DNA of 64,000 bases, taken from the IMG/VR virus record IMGVR_UViG_3300029220_000112; one strand, 5' to 3'. A model generated the notes under the pieces. The model did no database searches. It saw only the letters and a list, made by a program, of their open reading frames with translations, and was not told the DNA's origin. Of the stretch, positions 63,980 to 64,000 are shown piece by piece; position 1 is the stretch's first letter, and each line of letters opens with the position of its first letter. Position numbers and translations under genes: made by a program. Origin of the DNA: a virus.

Positions 63980-64000
63980 CTCACGAAGAAGCTCGTCCGT

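Overview
This window is the left ~64 kb of a large, AT-rich temperate siphovirus-like prophage of a low-GC Gram-positive host (Clostridia-like codon usage and RBS style). It is integrated at a tRNA-Asn gene. All features were read by eye from the sequence and the six-frame ORF track; no database search or computation was possible, so every family name is a proposal to test.

Layout, left to right:
- tRNA-Asn (29-104), then a tyrosine integrase on the minus strand (189-1343).
- A minus-strand lysogeny/accessory arm (2.1-11.6 kb): HU-like protein, a calcineurin-type phosphoesterase, two large uncharacterised proteins (330 and 567 aa) preceded by a small Zn-ribbon ORF, a BRO-N/KilAC antirepressor, a P-loop NTPase with a small partner, a 1.3 kb ORF-free segment with periodic sequence motifs, and an XRE-type HTH repressor.
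- A ~0.9 kb switch region, then a ~43 kb plus-strand early/middle region of tightly packed small genes with a conserved 'TCAGAAAGGAAAT' translation-initiation motif. It includes:
  - a ParB-like protein;
  - a MazF/PemK toxin with a non-AUG start, and a HicA toxin;
  - a consensus sigma-70 promoter driving a membrane protein plus a second tyrosine recombinase;
  - a lytic transglycosylase, a second antirepressor, an orphan NPPY DNA methyltransferase and an SPFH protein;
  - a fused kinase-phosphatase-ligase (Pnkp-like) followed by a CCA-adding-like nucleotidyltransferase, which I read as a candidate tRNA-repair module;
  - Sak4-like ATPase, SSB, a Cas4-like nuclease, DnaG-DnaB primase-helicase and a DnaE-type Pol III alpha;
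  - YopX and many Zn-ribbon mini-proteins; NrdH-NrdD-NrdG, a free-standing HNH homing endonuclease with no canonical start, and dUTPase.
- A self-contained promoter-gene-terminator moron, then the convergent minus-strand late region: holin, XhlA-like protein, amidase endolysin, and tail/receptor-binding genes that share a paralogous N-terminal module and include one CTG-initiated gene. The last tail gene runs off the window.

Most interesting candidates:
- the Pnkp-like plus CCA-like tRNA-repair pair;
- the uncharacterised 330/567-aa cargo locus in the integrase-proximal arm (candidate defence system);
- the P-loop NTPase pair;
- the repeat-rich ORF-free segment, a possible large structured ncRNA or iteron array;
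- the nested toxin/recombinase cassette bounded by 23-bp and ~60-bp repeats.
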